From the NCBI GenBank assembly GCA_030295235.1, contig AP026140.1:434001-498000 (forward strand): a stretch of DNA of 64,000 bases, in the 5' to 3' direction. Positions 36,891 to 50,463 of the stretch are shown here, piece after piece (within the stretch, counting starts at the first letter, position 1; the number at the start of each line of letters is the position of its first letter). The notes under the pieces were generated by a model. That model worked only from the letters and a program-made list of their open reading frames with translations. It was not told the DNA's origin and ran no database searches. A program made the translations under genes and the position numbers. The stretch comes from Fistulifera solaris (lineage: Eukaryota).

Positions 36891-37315
36891 TCGATTGTGC
36901 GGTTAGGGGTATTGGATTCAAAGTTACCGCTCAAACTTGACTAGGACGGGCCAGGACGCAAAGTCAAGTGATTGCTACCATGGGAAGTAGCATTGATTCT
37001 CGCAAGAGACTGAACGAAGTCGTCCTGGATAACAACGAGCATAGATGGTTATTCCTCGAGATGAGACGGAGCCGAAGGCAACAGATGCATGTACTAGATC
37101 ACCAAAAAATGCACCAATACACATATACAGGATCGCGGAAAGGTTGTGATCATCGTTGCTGCGATATCCGCTTGGAAAACGAACACATCGGCACGTAATT
37201 TGAAAGATCGCTATAGGAATAAAATAGTGTCACTATAGAAGAGGAAACGATAAGACTTTCAAATGTAATGTTCCTCTTCACCTGCAGACTCCATACCGCC
37301 CGCTGACCGCTATCT

Positions 37316-38679
37316 TTACTCGTCTTCATCAAAATCGTCCATGTCTTCATCGGACTCATCTTCGTCCCAATCGTCTTCTTCATATTCCTCATCCGGCACG
37401 TCCTCCCCTTCCATGCTACGACAAATCTCTGCCATACGATCTTGAAGGCGCTGTTTCCGTGCTGGTAGGATGTCGGAGACACGAAGATTTGCCCAGGAGC
37501 AAAAGACTACCGCAACAGAAGCGAACAGAGAAGAGTTCGACGCAGCAGTGCTTGACCCATTAGATGAATTGAGCCGGGTTTGCGAGAAGGCTGCGGCTTT
37601 TCGCATATTTCGCGACATTTGTTTGAGGCGCAATATCTCTCTATCAATGATCGATTCATTGAGAATGTGCGGTAAGACTTGCTGGATGAATGGGACCTGA
37701 GGAAGGAAGGGGTCCCACCGGTAAGCCTGTACAGCGATACACGCAGGGTACGCTTTCAAAAGTAAAATCACCATTTCCTGCACCAGCGGTCGGTTGCAAG
37801 CATTCGCCAGATGGTGAATTGGCAATGACCCTTCGCCGTGGACTTGTTTGCGAATCAGACGCGGATGCTGGGAAATAAGGTAACGGCAAATCTTTGCCAT
37901 ATTCGGGGTAGACTTGATGTTTACGTTTTCGAATTCATTCTCTTTCTGACCCATTGCGAAGCAAACGTCATGTAGCACTGTTCTGCCCGGAATAGATTCA
38001 TGGTACACTGCCTCGGTGTACTGTTCCGCCATCCAGATGAACAAATCGGCGTCGGGTTCTTCCCAGCCTCTCACGATTGCGTGTAAAGGATACTTAGGCA
38101 CCATAGGGTCAGAACGATCTATCTCACGAAGCCCTTGCGGGTATAGTTCGTAAAACTTTCGAACTGTTTGTAGATCACACCGATTATTACCATACGCATT
38201 CAACAATTCCACGTGAGGCCGTAGCTCTTGACACAGTTCATGCTGAAACACCCACGGATAGTGTTCTACAATCCACGGAAATAATTCACCGTAGCCATCC
38301 CGAGGCAGCATATGAATCGTTGCAAATTCAATGAATCCATCGATATCGGGGCGGGCCCATAGTAGAGCGTGCGGGTTTGTCTCAATGAGTAACTGCATCG
38401 TGTCTGCACAAGTACCGTAGGTCTTTTGCAGACAACTTCTAAAAGAGACCATTGGAGACAGTCGTTCGAAACAGCACTGGCAAGAAGAGGGTGCGCTGTC
38501 ACTTCTTCCTTGAAGTGTTCCTGCAACAGCGCGGCAGCATCTTTCACGGATGCTTCATCGCGGTGTCGACGAAACAGATCGTAAGCCTCTTGAAAGAGCC
38601 GGTAAAACTTTCTTCCCAATTCCGATGGTAACTTATCATCGGTAATTGGCTTCGATAAGTCAGAACATTCGCTCGACAT
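37316..38679 (-). CDS. Tandem family copy 1: ankyrin-like repeat protein with acidic tail (frameshift near 38428)
   Basis: Shared family motifs 'WSLLEV', 'IETNPHALLW', 'YPWVFQH', 'FYELYPQGLRE', 'WMAEQY.EAVYHE', 'TPNMAKICR', 'LPIHHLA..CNRPLVQEM'. Confidence 0.8.
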
Positions 38680-39318
38680 GTTGATTGTATCTGTTGAGAG
38701 GTTTGAAAACTTTGAAGAGAAATATAATGAAGTTGGGTTCGGCAAAAGAAATGAAAGAAATGAAAGAAATGCACCTCTCACTCCAATGCTTCTGCGCGGA
38801 CGAAAAAGACGCGCGCCCACACGCCCGCCCGCCCGTCCTCAGTAGCTGAGACGTAGCTACTGGTATATGCAGTCAAAGTGTATGCGACATTTTCCGTGAC
38901 TGACTTTCCAGTCATGAGTCAAGAAATGTTGTGCGTTTCTAGATCCATTTTAAACACCAATTCTACCCGCAACAACATCCGTTTGAAGCTACCGATTTAA
39001 CTGATGGCTTTACTAGTAGTGAGGATACAGCAAGCAACTATCGTTGCATTGTAGCTTTCGATTAACTTGTTTGACAACGCCCTCGTTACGGGATTGTTGT
39101 AATCACTTACAATGCGTGAATTATGGTTGTAAACATTATCTTCTTGTTGATGTCTCTGACGATGTTGCTAGAAAAAGCTTTGGTATATCTTCCTCCCAAA
39201 GCAATTTAGTCTCAAGTGTAAACGGCTATTTCCGACTGGATCTCAGTCATGAGAAACTTAAAGACGCATCTCTTGTTGCTACCGTGTCTTTGACCATGGT
39301 GAGCATGTCGCCAATCAC

Positions 39319-40903
39319 TTAATCGATTCGACCAAAGCCAAGTCTGTCCGCAATAGTGAAATAGTCGATTGCAGAGCGGTCTTCTTGTTGTTCGGTACTA
39401 GTGCCGTTGTTTGCAATACCAGGTTGAGGCTCGCTATCTTCATTGTACTCTTCTCCTCCATCGGAGATGTCGCTTTCTTCGCTCTCTGAATCAGAAAAAC
39501 AATCTTCATTACAATCGTCTTCGTCGTCGATTATACCGGGCATAATTCCTTCTCGGATATTGTACTCAAAATACTACCTTCGATGTTGCTTTGCGTTGTC
39601 ATCATTGCCACCGTGGACTACATCTTCCCATTCTTCGTCTAAATTGTCCTCTCCTTCCATCAGACGACAAATGCCTGCGATGCGCTCTTCAATGTGTCGC
39701 TTTCAAGTGGGCAAACTTTCAGAAACTTGTAGGCTAGCCCACGAGCAAAACGATTCGGCAGCGGCACAGAAGAGAGAAGAGCCTGGCTCGCTCGTAGTAC
39801 AAGATTTGTCTTTCATTAACAGCACTGCCTTCTCCATACTTTGCAATATCTGGGTTAACATCAAAATTTCTTGGTTGATCTCTATTTCGTCGATAATGAG
39901 AGGATGAACTTGCTCGATGAATGGGATGCTACGAAGGTCGGAATCTTCTATACAGTCAGGGAACGCCTTTAGCAGAAGAATAGCCATTTCCTGCACCAGA
40001 GGTCGATTGCAAGATTTCGCTAGCAAATGAATTGGCAGGGTTCCACGGCCCGTACTTGTTTCGCGAATCAGACGAGGATGTTTGGCAATCAAAAAACGAC
40101 AAATGTTTGCCATGTTGAGCGTGCACCGAGACGGCAAACGCGGGTGACTCTCTTTGTTAGCCATAATGCAGCAAACCTCATGTAGCACCGTATACCCCGG
40201 TTCCCATTCGTGGTAGACTGCCTTGGGGTACTGCTCTGCCATCCAAATAACAAGATCCACCGGGGGCTCGGCGTTTCCTTCCAGAATTGCCGCTATAGGA
40301 TACTTGGGCGTTGAATCCAGTTTGCTTTTCTCCCGCAGCCCTCGCGGATATAATTCGTAAAACTTTCGGATGGTTTCGGCATCACAAATACCACTGTCGG
40401 TGTATGCGCGCGCACCATCGCCAAGTGCGCGGCGGCATGACTCGACACTGTTTGTGGTGAAGCACCCACGGATAGCGCTCCGCCACCCACAGAGGAAGTT
40501 TCGGGCAACCGTATTCGGCCAGCATGTTGATCGCTGCCGTTCTACCAAACCCATCATCCGCACGATGGGCCCATAACAGTGCGCGTCTGGGTTTATTTCA
40601 ATTAAAAATCGGATAGTGTCTTGACAGACAAAATGCGTCCTTTCAATAAACACCTCCAATAACGACCATTTGAAAAAGTCTTTGAAAATAGTGCTAGCCA
40701 GTACGGGATGCGCCCGTAACAGCTGCTGTCACACGTTGATGCCAGACTGGGACAGCAGCTTGTACAGCTTTCGATGGTGCGATTTTGACTAAACAGTTCG
40801 TAGGCTTCCGTGAAGACGGCATAGAACGTTAAGTCGCAAGTCTTGGGGCAATTGAGAATCGAGAAGAGGTTTCCCCGACAGCTCGGGCCTTTAAGCTAGA
40901 CAT
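39319..40903 (-). pseudogene. Tandem family copy 2 (multiple frameshifts; pseudogene or assembly error)
   Basis: Same motifs in ORF 39703..40659; acidic tail in ORF 39319..39543; probable ATG at 40903. Confidence 0.7.
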
Positions 40904-41952
40904 GATGATCTCTTGTGAGTAATATTACCTCTTCCCAAGGATTTTATATCTAAAGATTGATGGATGATAGAGTGATGGGTGCGGGTTTCTAAAAGATCAT
41001 CTCGATTGCAAGGTATCTTGTGCACATTGCGAATGAATGCAATATAGACTACTACGCACAGAAGCAAAAGATGCGCAAAAAGTGCGAGACATGCACTATA
41101 CATGTACCGGGGGAACGCGTTTTTGACTTAGGGGTGCAATTTACTTTCTCGCTTAAGTGACTATTTTGCTATACGCCTCGGTGTAGTCGACATTTTCACC
41201 GACTGGATTTTAGTCACCAGTTACTTTTTTCTGACGATTTTTGCGACGACATGATGGTAGCGACGCAACGTTTATTGTTTATCATGAATTATGGTGCGAG
41301 CAGCATAAGCAAAGCTCATTTTCTCACGTGCAGATTATTATTTTGAAACAAAGCTAACAGTTGGTGTAGCCGATAGGCTGCAATGTACGGCTGAAACAAA
41401 AGAATTCAAACAGATCATCAAGCCAAATCTCTGCTCATGTTGTTCTCGGTTTGTCTTTCAATTAGACTCCCAGCGTCTCTCCCGGCCCACTCGCAAATGA
41501 AATGGACGAGGGGTTAATGGGTGCTTGAACAGAGCCTTATCAAGGTGCTGCGACGAAGCCGAATTCACGACGATGGGGAGAAACGAGTTTAAACGACTCC
41601 TCAAGGTTCAAGCGGACGACTTAGAGAATGCTCTAATTGATGTTTATTTCGAGGAAAGTGGCGGAAAGACGGGGCTTGGATACAAAGGATAGTGCGACTA
41701 AAGCAGCAAGAGAACGAGGGGCGACAAATGCACTTTCTACTCGGGGGGCACGAAAAGGCTTGAAAAGGGGCAACAACTACAACAACCTACCTACTGAAAG
41801 CGGATCAAGCTGCAAGATCAACATAGACTATTGTGTCTTCGGTTACAGTCAAGTTACTGCCACTATGATTTCTGACGAGCCGAGAAAGGTGTATAGCATC
41901 TTCGCCCGAAGTCAGAGTCAATTTTTTGTTGAGCTTCATAAATATTTCAATC

Positions 41953-43456
41953 TCATTTCAAAGGCCGGCGCACTATCTGCACTCGCGATCTTATTCTCCG
42001 TCGGTATTTAGTCGGAGTAGCTGCTCTCTTCGCTATCTGATTCGGACACCACATCAGACACAGCTTCTGCGCTACAATCATCTTCCGTTCGACATCAGAC
42101 TCAAAGGCTTCACTGTTGTCATCGACATCATCGTCGCTGTCGACGTCTTCGTCCTCCCATTCTCCGTCTGAAATATCGTCTGCTTCCATGAGGCGACACA
42201 TACCTGCGATGCAATTTGTGATTATTCCCTTCCCGGACTTGTAAGTTATCAGTGACATGTGAGTTTGCCCAGGAAAAGAACACTTTGGCAACGGCATCAA
42301 AGAGAGAAGACTTAGAAACGGAAGTGAATGATTCGCTCGTTGAAGAAGGTTGTCTTTTCGACAGAAGCCTCGCCTTTTTCATGTGTTCCGACATCTGGGA
42401 CAGCAAAATTATTTGTTGATCCACTTCTAGCTCCTTGGTAATGAGTGGATGTACATGCTTGATAAATGGGATTCAAGTAGCTTGGGATCCCATTTGTGAG
42501 CCTTGACGTTCACACATTCAGGAAAACGCTCTCAATAAAAGAATAACCATTTCCTGAACCAGGGGTCGGTTACACGCTCTTGCTAATTTGTGAATTGGCA
42601 AAGATTTGTCATTACCCACTTGTCTGCGAACAAGTCGAGGGATGTTCAGAAATCAGGTAACGGCATATTTTCGCTACATTCGGAGTACACATCCACGCCA
42701 CACGTTCCTCGTTATTCTCTTTCACGGCCATATGGTAACAGATTTGGTGTAGTAACGTGCAACCCAGACTCGCTTCGTGGTACACTGCTTCGGGGTATTG
42801 CTCTGCCATCCAGAAGAAGAGATCGGCATGGGGTTCCGCCGAACCCCGTAAAGAGTGCCGCCAGCGGATATGGAGCGAGAGGTCTAAATTTACGTTTCTC
42901 CCGAAGCCCTTGGGGATAAATTTCATAAAACCTGCGAACTGTTTCCTGGTCACAATCACCGTCGTTGGAGTAACAATAAATCAATTCCAGGTGAGGCGGA
43001 TTCTTTTGACAGAGCTTGTGCTCCAACACCCAGGGATAGCGCTCTGCGATCCAAGGTAGCAAGTGACAACGACCGCTTTTGGGGAGCAAATGAATCGGTG
43101 CAGTCCTTACGAAGCCGTCGGAATTCGCGATGTGCCCACAAGAGCGCATGCGGATTCATCTCGATCAGAAATTGGATCGTATCGGGACATGCATGATGAG
43201 TTTTGGCGCAGAAAACTTCCAACAAAGACCATTTGCGAGCACTCGTAAACACAATGCTCGCAAGAATTGGATTTGCCATAACTTGTTCTTTGACACATCG
43301 ATGTAAAAGAGCGGCGGCAGCTTTCAAATCGCCATCTTGACGTATACCGAAAGGTTGAAGGCTGCGACAAACAATGCCTGAAACATTTGTCGCCAAAGCA
43401 TGTGGCACCTTAGTATCAAGCACAGGCTTGGACAAGTCACCCATTTCGGTTGACAT
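41953..43456 (-). pseudogene. Tandem family copy 3 (multiple frameshifts; pseudogene or assembly error)
   Basis: Motifs split over ORFs 42956..43456, 42712..43149, 42612..42959, 42128..42424 and 41953..42300. Confidence 0.7.
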
Positions 43457-44093
43457 GCTGAACTTTTATTAGCAACGACGATAATTGGTATGCGTATGAC
43501 ACGAAGATGAATGGGGGGTTTGCGAAGTTCTTTTGGCCTTAATATGAATGGTGCAAGCAAAGTGCAAAGATGCAAGACGTTCCACATTTCCTCAAAGCCG
43601 CGCACGTATCTGTTAAAATCTGTCATGAGAGGTGCGAGAAATCCGTGTACATCCACGTAGCCCCGTTGAGAGATAAAAAAGACCGATCAAGTTAAACACC
43701 AGTCCAACGGTCTGTTCACGTTTTTTCTCACGAAAAACTGAAGGCGATATTTTGCAGAAAGAACGAAAACACATGAATCATCATAATTGTTACCGTTGTT
43801 CATGACTTAGATGCAGTCGTGTTGAAAAGCTGCCTTCATTTGGAACTAGACCTACACAAATTGCCAATGAGTTTGCCACCGCTATAACAGGAATCATCAT
43901 CATTGGATAATCATTCTTGTAAGCTTTGATCTTGCCGCTTTCTTTATTGCGAAACAAAGCAACCAGCTTTGACTGAAAATGAAAGTTCTCCACCAAATTA
44001 CAAGTGGACTTTTCGAAAGGAAATGTATGTTATCACTACAGGAGAGTCCACTTTCGGAACGGACTAGATTGACAAGAAGTAGTTGAATAGGTA

Positions 44094-45741
44094 TTACGGA
44101 GTAGTAGCATTGACGAGGTGTCGTTGTGGCTGGCGTGTGCCTCGCGTAGCCAGTTTTATTAAAAGAAAGATCGCCCGAGATGAATTACTACCAAGCCACG
44201 ATCTTCGGCAGGGCCCGAATGAGCGACTCTCATTGTTCTCTTCTTCATCATCGATGTCATCGGATACGTCGACTTCTTCTTCTTCACTCTCCGATTCAGA
44301 CGCACTATCTTCATCCCAGTCGTCTTCGTCTTCGACTCCGTCCGATAAAAGGCCATCTTCATTTGCACCTTCAGCTGCAAGTTCTTCTCCCTCGTCTTCG
44401 CCGTCATCCGCATCTTCGTCTTCGCTCTCATCCGCATCTTCGTCCCACTCCCTCGCCGGGAACGTCCTCACCTTCTAAGATTCGACAAACATCCGCGATT
44501 TTCTCCTGAATGCATTCCTTCCGAGCTTGTAAGACATCGGAAACCTGAACATTTGCCCATGAACAAAAGACATCCGCAACCGACACAAAGAGACAATTCA
44601 ATGCATTTGGACGCGTCGGTCCTTGGGTCTCATTGACAGGTTTCTTCGACAATGTCACCGCTTTCTCCATATCTTGCGATAATTGGGTAAGAAGGTCCAT
44701 TTGTCGATCGATGTCCATTTCCCTCGACAATGAGAGGATGGACTTGTTCGATGAAGGGCACTGTCGGAAGATCGGGGTCCCATTTATGCGACTTCACGTT
44801 AATGCACTCGGGATAAGCTTTCAAAAGAATAATCACAATTTCCTGCACCAAGCGTCGATTGCACGAGTTCAAGCTAGTTTGTGGATCGGCAAAGGTCCCC
44901 CTCCAGCGTACTTTCTGGCCGAATGAGACGAGGATGCTCCGAAAGGAGGAAGCGGCAGGTTTTCGCCATGTTTGGTGTACACTTAAGAGGCACGGATTCC
45001 CATTCGTTTTCTTTTGCGGCAAGATTGTAACATGCGCTATGCAACACTGTATACCCCCGAATCGGCTTGTGGTACACGGCTTTTGGAAACTGCTCTGCCA
45101 TCCAGATGAAAAGATCGGGGTCCGGTTCCTCCACGCCACTCAGGCTGGCCGCCAAAGGGTAATTTGTGTCTGTCTTGTCTTTTTCTCGAAGCCCTTGTGG
45201 GTAAAGTTCGGTAAAACGCCCGAACCGTCTCTGCATCACATCTTCCATCCGTATAGTATCGCACCATTTTCAAATGGGGTGGTTTCTTTGACACAACTTA
45301 TGCTGAAAGACCCACGGATAGCGCTCTGCGATCCAGAGAAGCAACTTGCAGCGACCATTTTTGGGGATCAAGTAAATGGGCGCAACTTTGCCGTAGCCAT
45401 CGATATCCTTGCGGGCGTAGAGCAAGCATTGTGGGTTGATCTCGATGAGAAATTTGATGGTTTCCTGACAAGCCCAGTAGGTCTTTTCGCAGATAACCTC
45501 CAATAGAGACCATTTCAGAAACTCTTTGTAAAAGACGGTGGTAAGAATAGGATTCGCTGTAACTTCTTCTTTGATGTGCTGATGGAAGACTGTAGCAGCG
45601 GCCTGTACAGAATCGACATCGGGGTTGACATTGAATAAATCGTAGGCTTCGTGAGAAAAGGGCATCGAACTTTTCCTTCAAATCAGGCGACAGTTTGGTG
45701 TCCAAGATTGGCTTGGAGGAATCGGGTGCTTCGTCGGACAT
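44094..45741 (-). pseudogene. Tandem family copy 4 (multiple frameshifts; pseudogene or assembly error)
   Basis: Motifs split over ORFs 45298..45741, 45270..45665, 44874..45248, 44630..45139, 44428..44730 and 44094..44471. Confidence 0.7.
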
Positions 45742-46628
45742 AATCGTTGATTCTCCGTAACAGAAAATAATGAAGGTCGGGTTTATAAAACAATGATGAA
45801 GGCAGATTATTCTCGTAAAGATTATGAAGAATGTAGGTCCAAAGGAAAAGCGATCTCAACAAGAAAAAATGAAAACGCGGCCGTCGTTTTTGCCATGTTT
45901 TTGCCTCAAAGCTGCAGCAAAGAAAACGGTCGTTTTCTGCTTATAGGAAGGCGACGGCCGGTCGTGCCTAGATAGCAATCTTAAAACGGTGTCCTACCGT
46001 CTACCGTTATACTACTTTTGCTGATTTTCTGCAACCTTAACCTTTATCGCGAAGTATCCATCGCGCACCATGGTGATTGCTTTTTATCATGAGGAAAAGA
46101 ACAGCATAGAAAAGAACTGATATCATTATTTTGATGCACAGTTGACCTTCATTCCATGTTTCCGTTCTTACGAGTTTCAAGTTCGCTAACATTGCTCCGA
46201 AAGAATCTTTTTCGCGATACGGTTGATAACGATGATATGTTACGGTTGCGGCCACTACTTTATCAAAATGTGCATAGCAAACTTTGCTGCAGTCGTCAGC
46301 GACAATCTACAACGCTCAAGTCGGTGGTGGTTATCTGGATCGAGAAAATTTAGATTGTGTTGTATGCACGGAGGACTCTCTTCACAAATCATCGGCTTTT
46401 GCGAGTGATAATGGTGTTGCAGTAGCTCATACATAAAGGTCGCCCGAATAAACGTGGATGTATGTAGCTCTGTCGTTAAGGGTCGAAGCCAGTGATGGCG
46501 ATCACCATTTCAACAATCTACTATCGGAAGCAAATCAAAGGCGACGAAAATTCTCGGCGACTACTCGGCCATGAAGCTTTTTCACAACTGTGATGTTCTA
46601 GAATTTACTGATGCAACAATCTCGGCTC

Positions 46629-48152
46629 TCAATGAGTTTCGTCTGGATCTCCCTCTTCCTCCTCACCCGTGGAACTGGACTCACTCTCTTCGTCCGAGTC
46701 GTTTCCTTCCTCATCTTCAGACCGACAACGGCTATCGCTGTCCCAATCGTCGCCGTCTCGGATCCCGCCGAAGAAAACTTTCTCGAAGATGTAGTCCCCT
46801 GCACTCCTGTTGTATTCATCATAATAATCGTCTTCCTCTTAGCTCGGTTCAGATGAGCTTTCATCAAAATCGTCGTCATCGTCCTCCCACTCGTCGTTCG
46901 AAACGTCGTTCCCTTTCATAAGGCGACAAGTGATGGCAATTTTTAGTTGAGTATGCCGCTTCTGGGCGGATAAATCATCGGAAACTCGTACATTAGACCA
47001 CGAAGAAAAGACGTCTACTACCCGAATCCAAGAGAGAAGAGTTGGAAGAAGAATGCTTCCGACAAGTAGGCCGCCGTTTCGAAGTTGCGCACCATCTGCG
47101 CCAGGAGCGAAGCTTCTTCATCGATTTCCAGCTCGTTCACAATGAGTGGATGAACTTGTTGAATGAACGGGATCGAAGAAGGCTGGGGACCCGCTTGTCC
47201 GTCAGTACTTGTACACACTCGGGAAAGGATTTCAGCAAAAGAATCGTCATTTGCTGCACGAGGGTTCGATTGCATCGATGCGCGAGTTTGTGAATCGGCA
47301 AACGTCCGTGACCACGCACTATACGAACGAGATCGGCGTGTTCGGGTGATGAGGAAACGGCAGATCTTGGCCATATTGGGCGTGCACTTGAAGGGTTCGT
47401 AATCTTCTTCGGGTTTCTTGGCGGCCATGAGTCAGCACACCTGATGCAGTATCGTGTATCCTTCGACCGGTTCGTGGTACACAGACTCGGGCATCGCTTC
47501 GCCATCCAAATGACGAGGTGCGCGTGGGGCTCGATAAATCCATCAATACTTGCCGACAAGGGGCACTGGAGCTTTTCCCCGGACGAGGACCGTCCTTTTT
47601 CTCGAAGGCCTTGTGGGTAGAGTGTATAAAATTTCTGAACTATTTTGGGATCAACGCTACCATCGCCGGAAACATTGCATCATTGCCAAATGAGGCGGAT
47701 TCGTTGACACGCCGTGCTGAAACACCCACGGGTAGTGCTGCAACCTCCAAAGAAAACACCGGCAGAGATAGTCATGTTGCGGGAAGGATGTGAATGGGCG
47801 CTTGTTTGCCGTCATTAAGCTGCGGCGTGTCCAGAGAAGCGCGTGTGGATTCGTCTGGATGAGACGAAGGATGGATTCGGGACACGAAACAAGGGTCTTT
47901 TCGCACACCACAATCAACAAAGACCACTGGTGCCGGGACTTATGAATCGTGCGGGCAAGAATGGGATGAGCTGTAACTGATTTCGTGAGGCGTTCATCGA
48001 AATCGTTCATCGCCCTCTTCTATAGCTTCATCCGTATGGCTGTCAAAAATGTCGTAGGCTTCATCGAACAACGCGTCAAATGTTCGTTACAATTCGTTCG
48101 GTAGTTCCGTATTCCAAATTGGTGTAGACATTTCTGGCATTTCGTGTGACAT
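46629..48152 (-). pseudogene. Tandem family copy 5 (multiple frameshifts; pseudogene or assembly error)
   Basis: 'WSLLIVVCEKT', 'QTNPHALLW', 'CTPNMAKICRFLI', 'LPIHKLAHRCNRTLVQQM', 'IPFIQQVHPLI' and an acidic tail. ATG at 48152. Confidence 0.7.
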
Positions 48153-48581
48153 GGTTCAAGATTGATAATGCGAAGAACGAGTAGAAGTGTTGCAGAAAAA
48201 AGGCTTGATACGTAGTAAAGAACAATGCGCACGGTAATAAACAAAGCGTTTTCTCGCAACAAAACGGCGGTGCAGAAAAACCCAGCTGTCTTTTTCGCGT
48301 TGTGCGATCTTTGCGGAGATGTCGCCACGCCAGCCACGCCCACTGTATGACATATTAGTGGAATGGCTTCTTATTTCATATTTATAAATCATGATCAAGT
48401 CTTACAGGTTTCAATTTACTCCCGAACTTTTCAACGGCACGCGAAGCGGCGATTGCGTGTCGAAAGGACCATGGTGCCTTTTCAAAAATATTACCTTGTC
48501 CTTGTACTCGCATTCATAAATAAATTAAGACCTCCGTTTCCTTCTCCACTTGCTCCCTTTCATACAACATTCAAAATAGAA

Positions 48582-49246
48582 ATGATTTCGTTTATTTTGA
48601 TGGTGTAAGTGCTAAAACGATGGTTGCTGTAGCTTTCCTTCACTTCTTGTGTTTAATCGTACGCCATATGCTGACTCAATTCACCACACTTTCTTCTGTC
48701 TCAGAAACAAGCAAGGCCAAACGCGCTTTTCGTCGTATTATGAATGGATCTCGATTGATGAACGATCGGCACTCGAGTCCGAAATCATTCGAAAATGTTT
48801 GAGTCGTTCGGAATTGCAGTGCTCGTTCTTGGAATACCGTGGATACAAGGTCATTTACCGTCGTTACGCGAGTCTTTTCTTCATTGTGGGGACGAAACCG
48901 GATCCGTTTGCGGGAGAAGGAGCGGAAAACAATGAAAATGAATTGGGGATGCTGGAATTCATTCATGCCGTGGTGGAGGTGCGTGGATGCAGTGCGAAAG
49001 AGAATTCTTCGAAACGATATGCGTCTCACTAAATTTGTTTTTCTTTCTCTGTGACTCTAGTGCTTGGACAAGTGGGCGGGATCTATTTGTGAACTCGATA
49101 TCATGTATCAACTCGAAGAAGTGCATTTTGTCGTCGATGAAATGGTGCAGAATGGATACATTGTGGAGACCAACAAGGTCAATATTTTGCGACCCATTGC
49201 TCTCATGGAACGGGAAAGTCAAAAGTCGGATGCTATGTTTCGATAA
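48582..49246 (+). CDS. AP4S1: AP-4 adaptor complex sigma subunit, 3 exons (48582-48604, 48705-48978, 49061-49246)
   Basis: Spliced start 'MISFILMVNKQGQTRFSSYY', 'QCSFLEYRGYKVIYRRYASLFFIVG', 'ENEL', 'ICELDIM', 'DEMVQNGYIVETNK'. Both introns are GT-AG and keep the frame. Confidence 0.93.
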
Positions 49247-49395
49247 GATGAGTCTTAGCAATGACTGTCGATAGCTACAAGACGAGAATTCGAGGTACTC
49301 TAAAGTCCGACTGCATTCAAGTAATTAGAACCAGGTAGTCAGTCTCCCTAAAATTATTTAAATAAATCATGTGCGGTTCAACATTCTTTATCCAA

Positions 49396-50463
49396 TTAGC
49401 GCGATGCTTTGTGAAGGCTTTCCAGCACAGCACGTTCGGCGGCCGTCGCCGTCTGCAAATTACGTTTGATGCCTTCTCGTACGGACGCCGGCAAAGTGCG
49501 AGTCGAACACACCACAACTTGACAATCCTGTCGTTCCAATTTGGCGTGATCGACACGAAATGGTTTCAAATCGCTGCGCTGTAACGACTTTTTCAATACA
49601 GAACCACGTTTCATGGGATCAAAAGCGAGCAAATGATGAATAAGCGTCCCATTCGTCTGTGTTTCGACTTCATACCCAACAACGCACACCGAGTGTCCCT
49701 TCCATTGCAAATAAAGAGGAGGGATATCACAATTACAAGTGCTTTCTGGTTGCAATGATTTTTTACTCTTCTCCGTTTGCTGCAGTAAACGTCGGACCAA
49801 CTCCAGGCTGGAGCACGGATGAGACGAATCATGACATTGGCAATAATGACGCTGAAAGTAAGAAACACACAACGGCCTCAGTTGTCGTCGTGACGCCGCA
49901 CACCGAATGAATTGCACGACCGTCGCATCTATACCCCTAAAAGCTAAAACACTGGCCACTTCGACCGCGCCAATCCATACGGATTTCCCGACAATTTTCT
50001 TTCGATAATGCAAGGCACCGTCGGCATCAAATCCTTCGTTCCACGCCGCTTCCATGAACTGTTGCCATTGTACAACGGAGGGTATTTCGTAACTACTCGA
50101 TACTGGGGTAGTGTACTGCCAAAACGAATGATCCTTCGGCAAATAAGGTACGAGGAAGGTCATTATCATTTGCAGATTGCGGAAACCACAACTCCATTTG
50201 TCATTTTGTTGAATATGAAACGGATACAATGATGGTTGTTGCGTCACACAGCATCGAACTTGAGGCATTTGTATCAGCAGTTCCATCAATCCTTCGGTCA
50301 CGACACAATCATCATTGAGATACAGAAGGACTTCCCGACGACGTCGTTTGGAGGGTGGTGATGAATGTTGTGGAGATGATGCTGAAGTCGTTTGAGGACG
50401 TTTGGATCGGTGCACTTCACTTTCGTCATCACTGGAAAGAACGATCACTTCGGGTGTGCTCAT
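49396..50463 (-). CDS. ZUP1: ZUP1/Mug105-like peptidase C78 (deubiquitinase family)
   Basis: 'DKWSCGFRNLQM', 'EAAWNEGFD', 'WIGAVEV', 'PPLYLQWKGHS', 'LAFDP'. Confidence 0.8.
   Translation of the reverse strand: MSTPEVIVLSSDDESEVHRSKRPQTTSASSPQHSSPPSKRRRREVLLYLNDDCVVTEGLMELLIQMPQVRCCVTQQPSLYPFHIQQNDKWSCGFRNLQMIMTFLVPYLPKDHSFWQYTTPVSSSYEIPSVVQWQQFMEAAWNEGFDADGALHYRKKIVGKSVWIGAVEVASVLAFRGIDATVVQFIRCAASRRQLRPLCVSYFQRHYCQCHDSSHPCSSLELVRRLLQQTEKSKKSLQPESTCNCDIPPLYLQWKGHSVCVVGYEVETQTNGTLIHHLLAFDPMKRGSVLKKSLQRSDLKPFRVDHAKLERQDCQVVVCSTRTLPASVREGIKRNLQTATAAERAVLESLHKASR

Noticed and set aside
41500..41800. GAGGAAAGT resembling an RNase P/MRP conserved region
   Set aside because: It lacks the following CC and any matching 3' conserved region; the stretch reads more like a decayed coding fragment.
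44002..44053. 9-bp inverted repeat AAGTGGACT...AGTCCACTT
   Set aside because: Single short instance with no TSD or second copy; not enough to call a MITE or ncRNA.
37316..48152. CRISPR array or prokaryotic defence island
   Set aside because: The repeats are protein-coding paralogs in intron-bearing eukaryotic DNA; there is no repeat-spacer structure and no cas gene.
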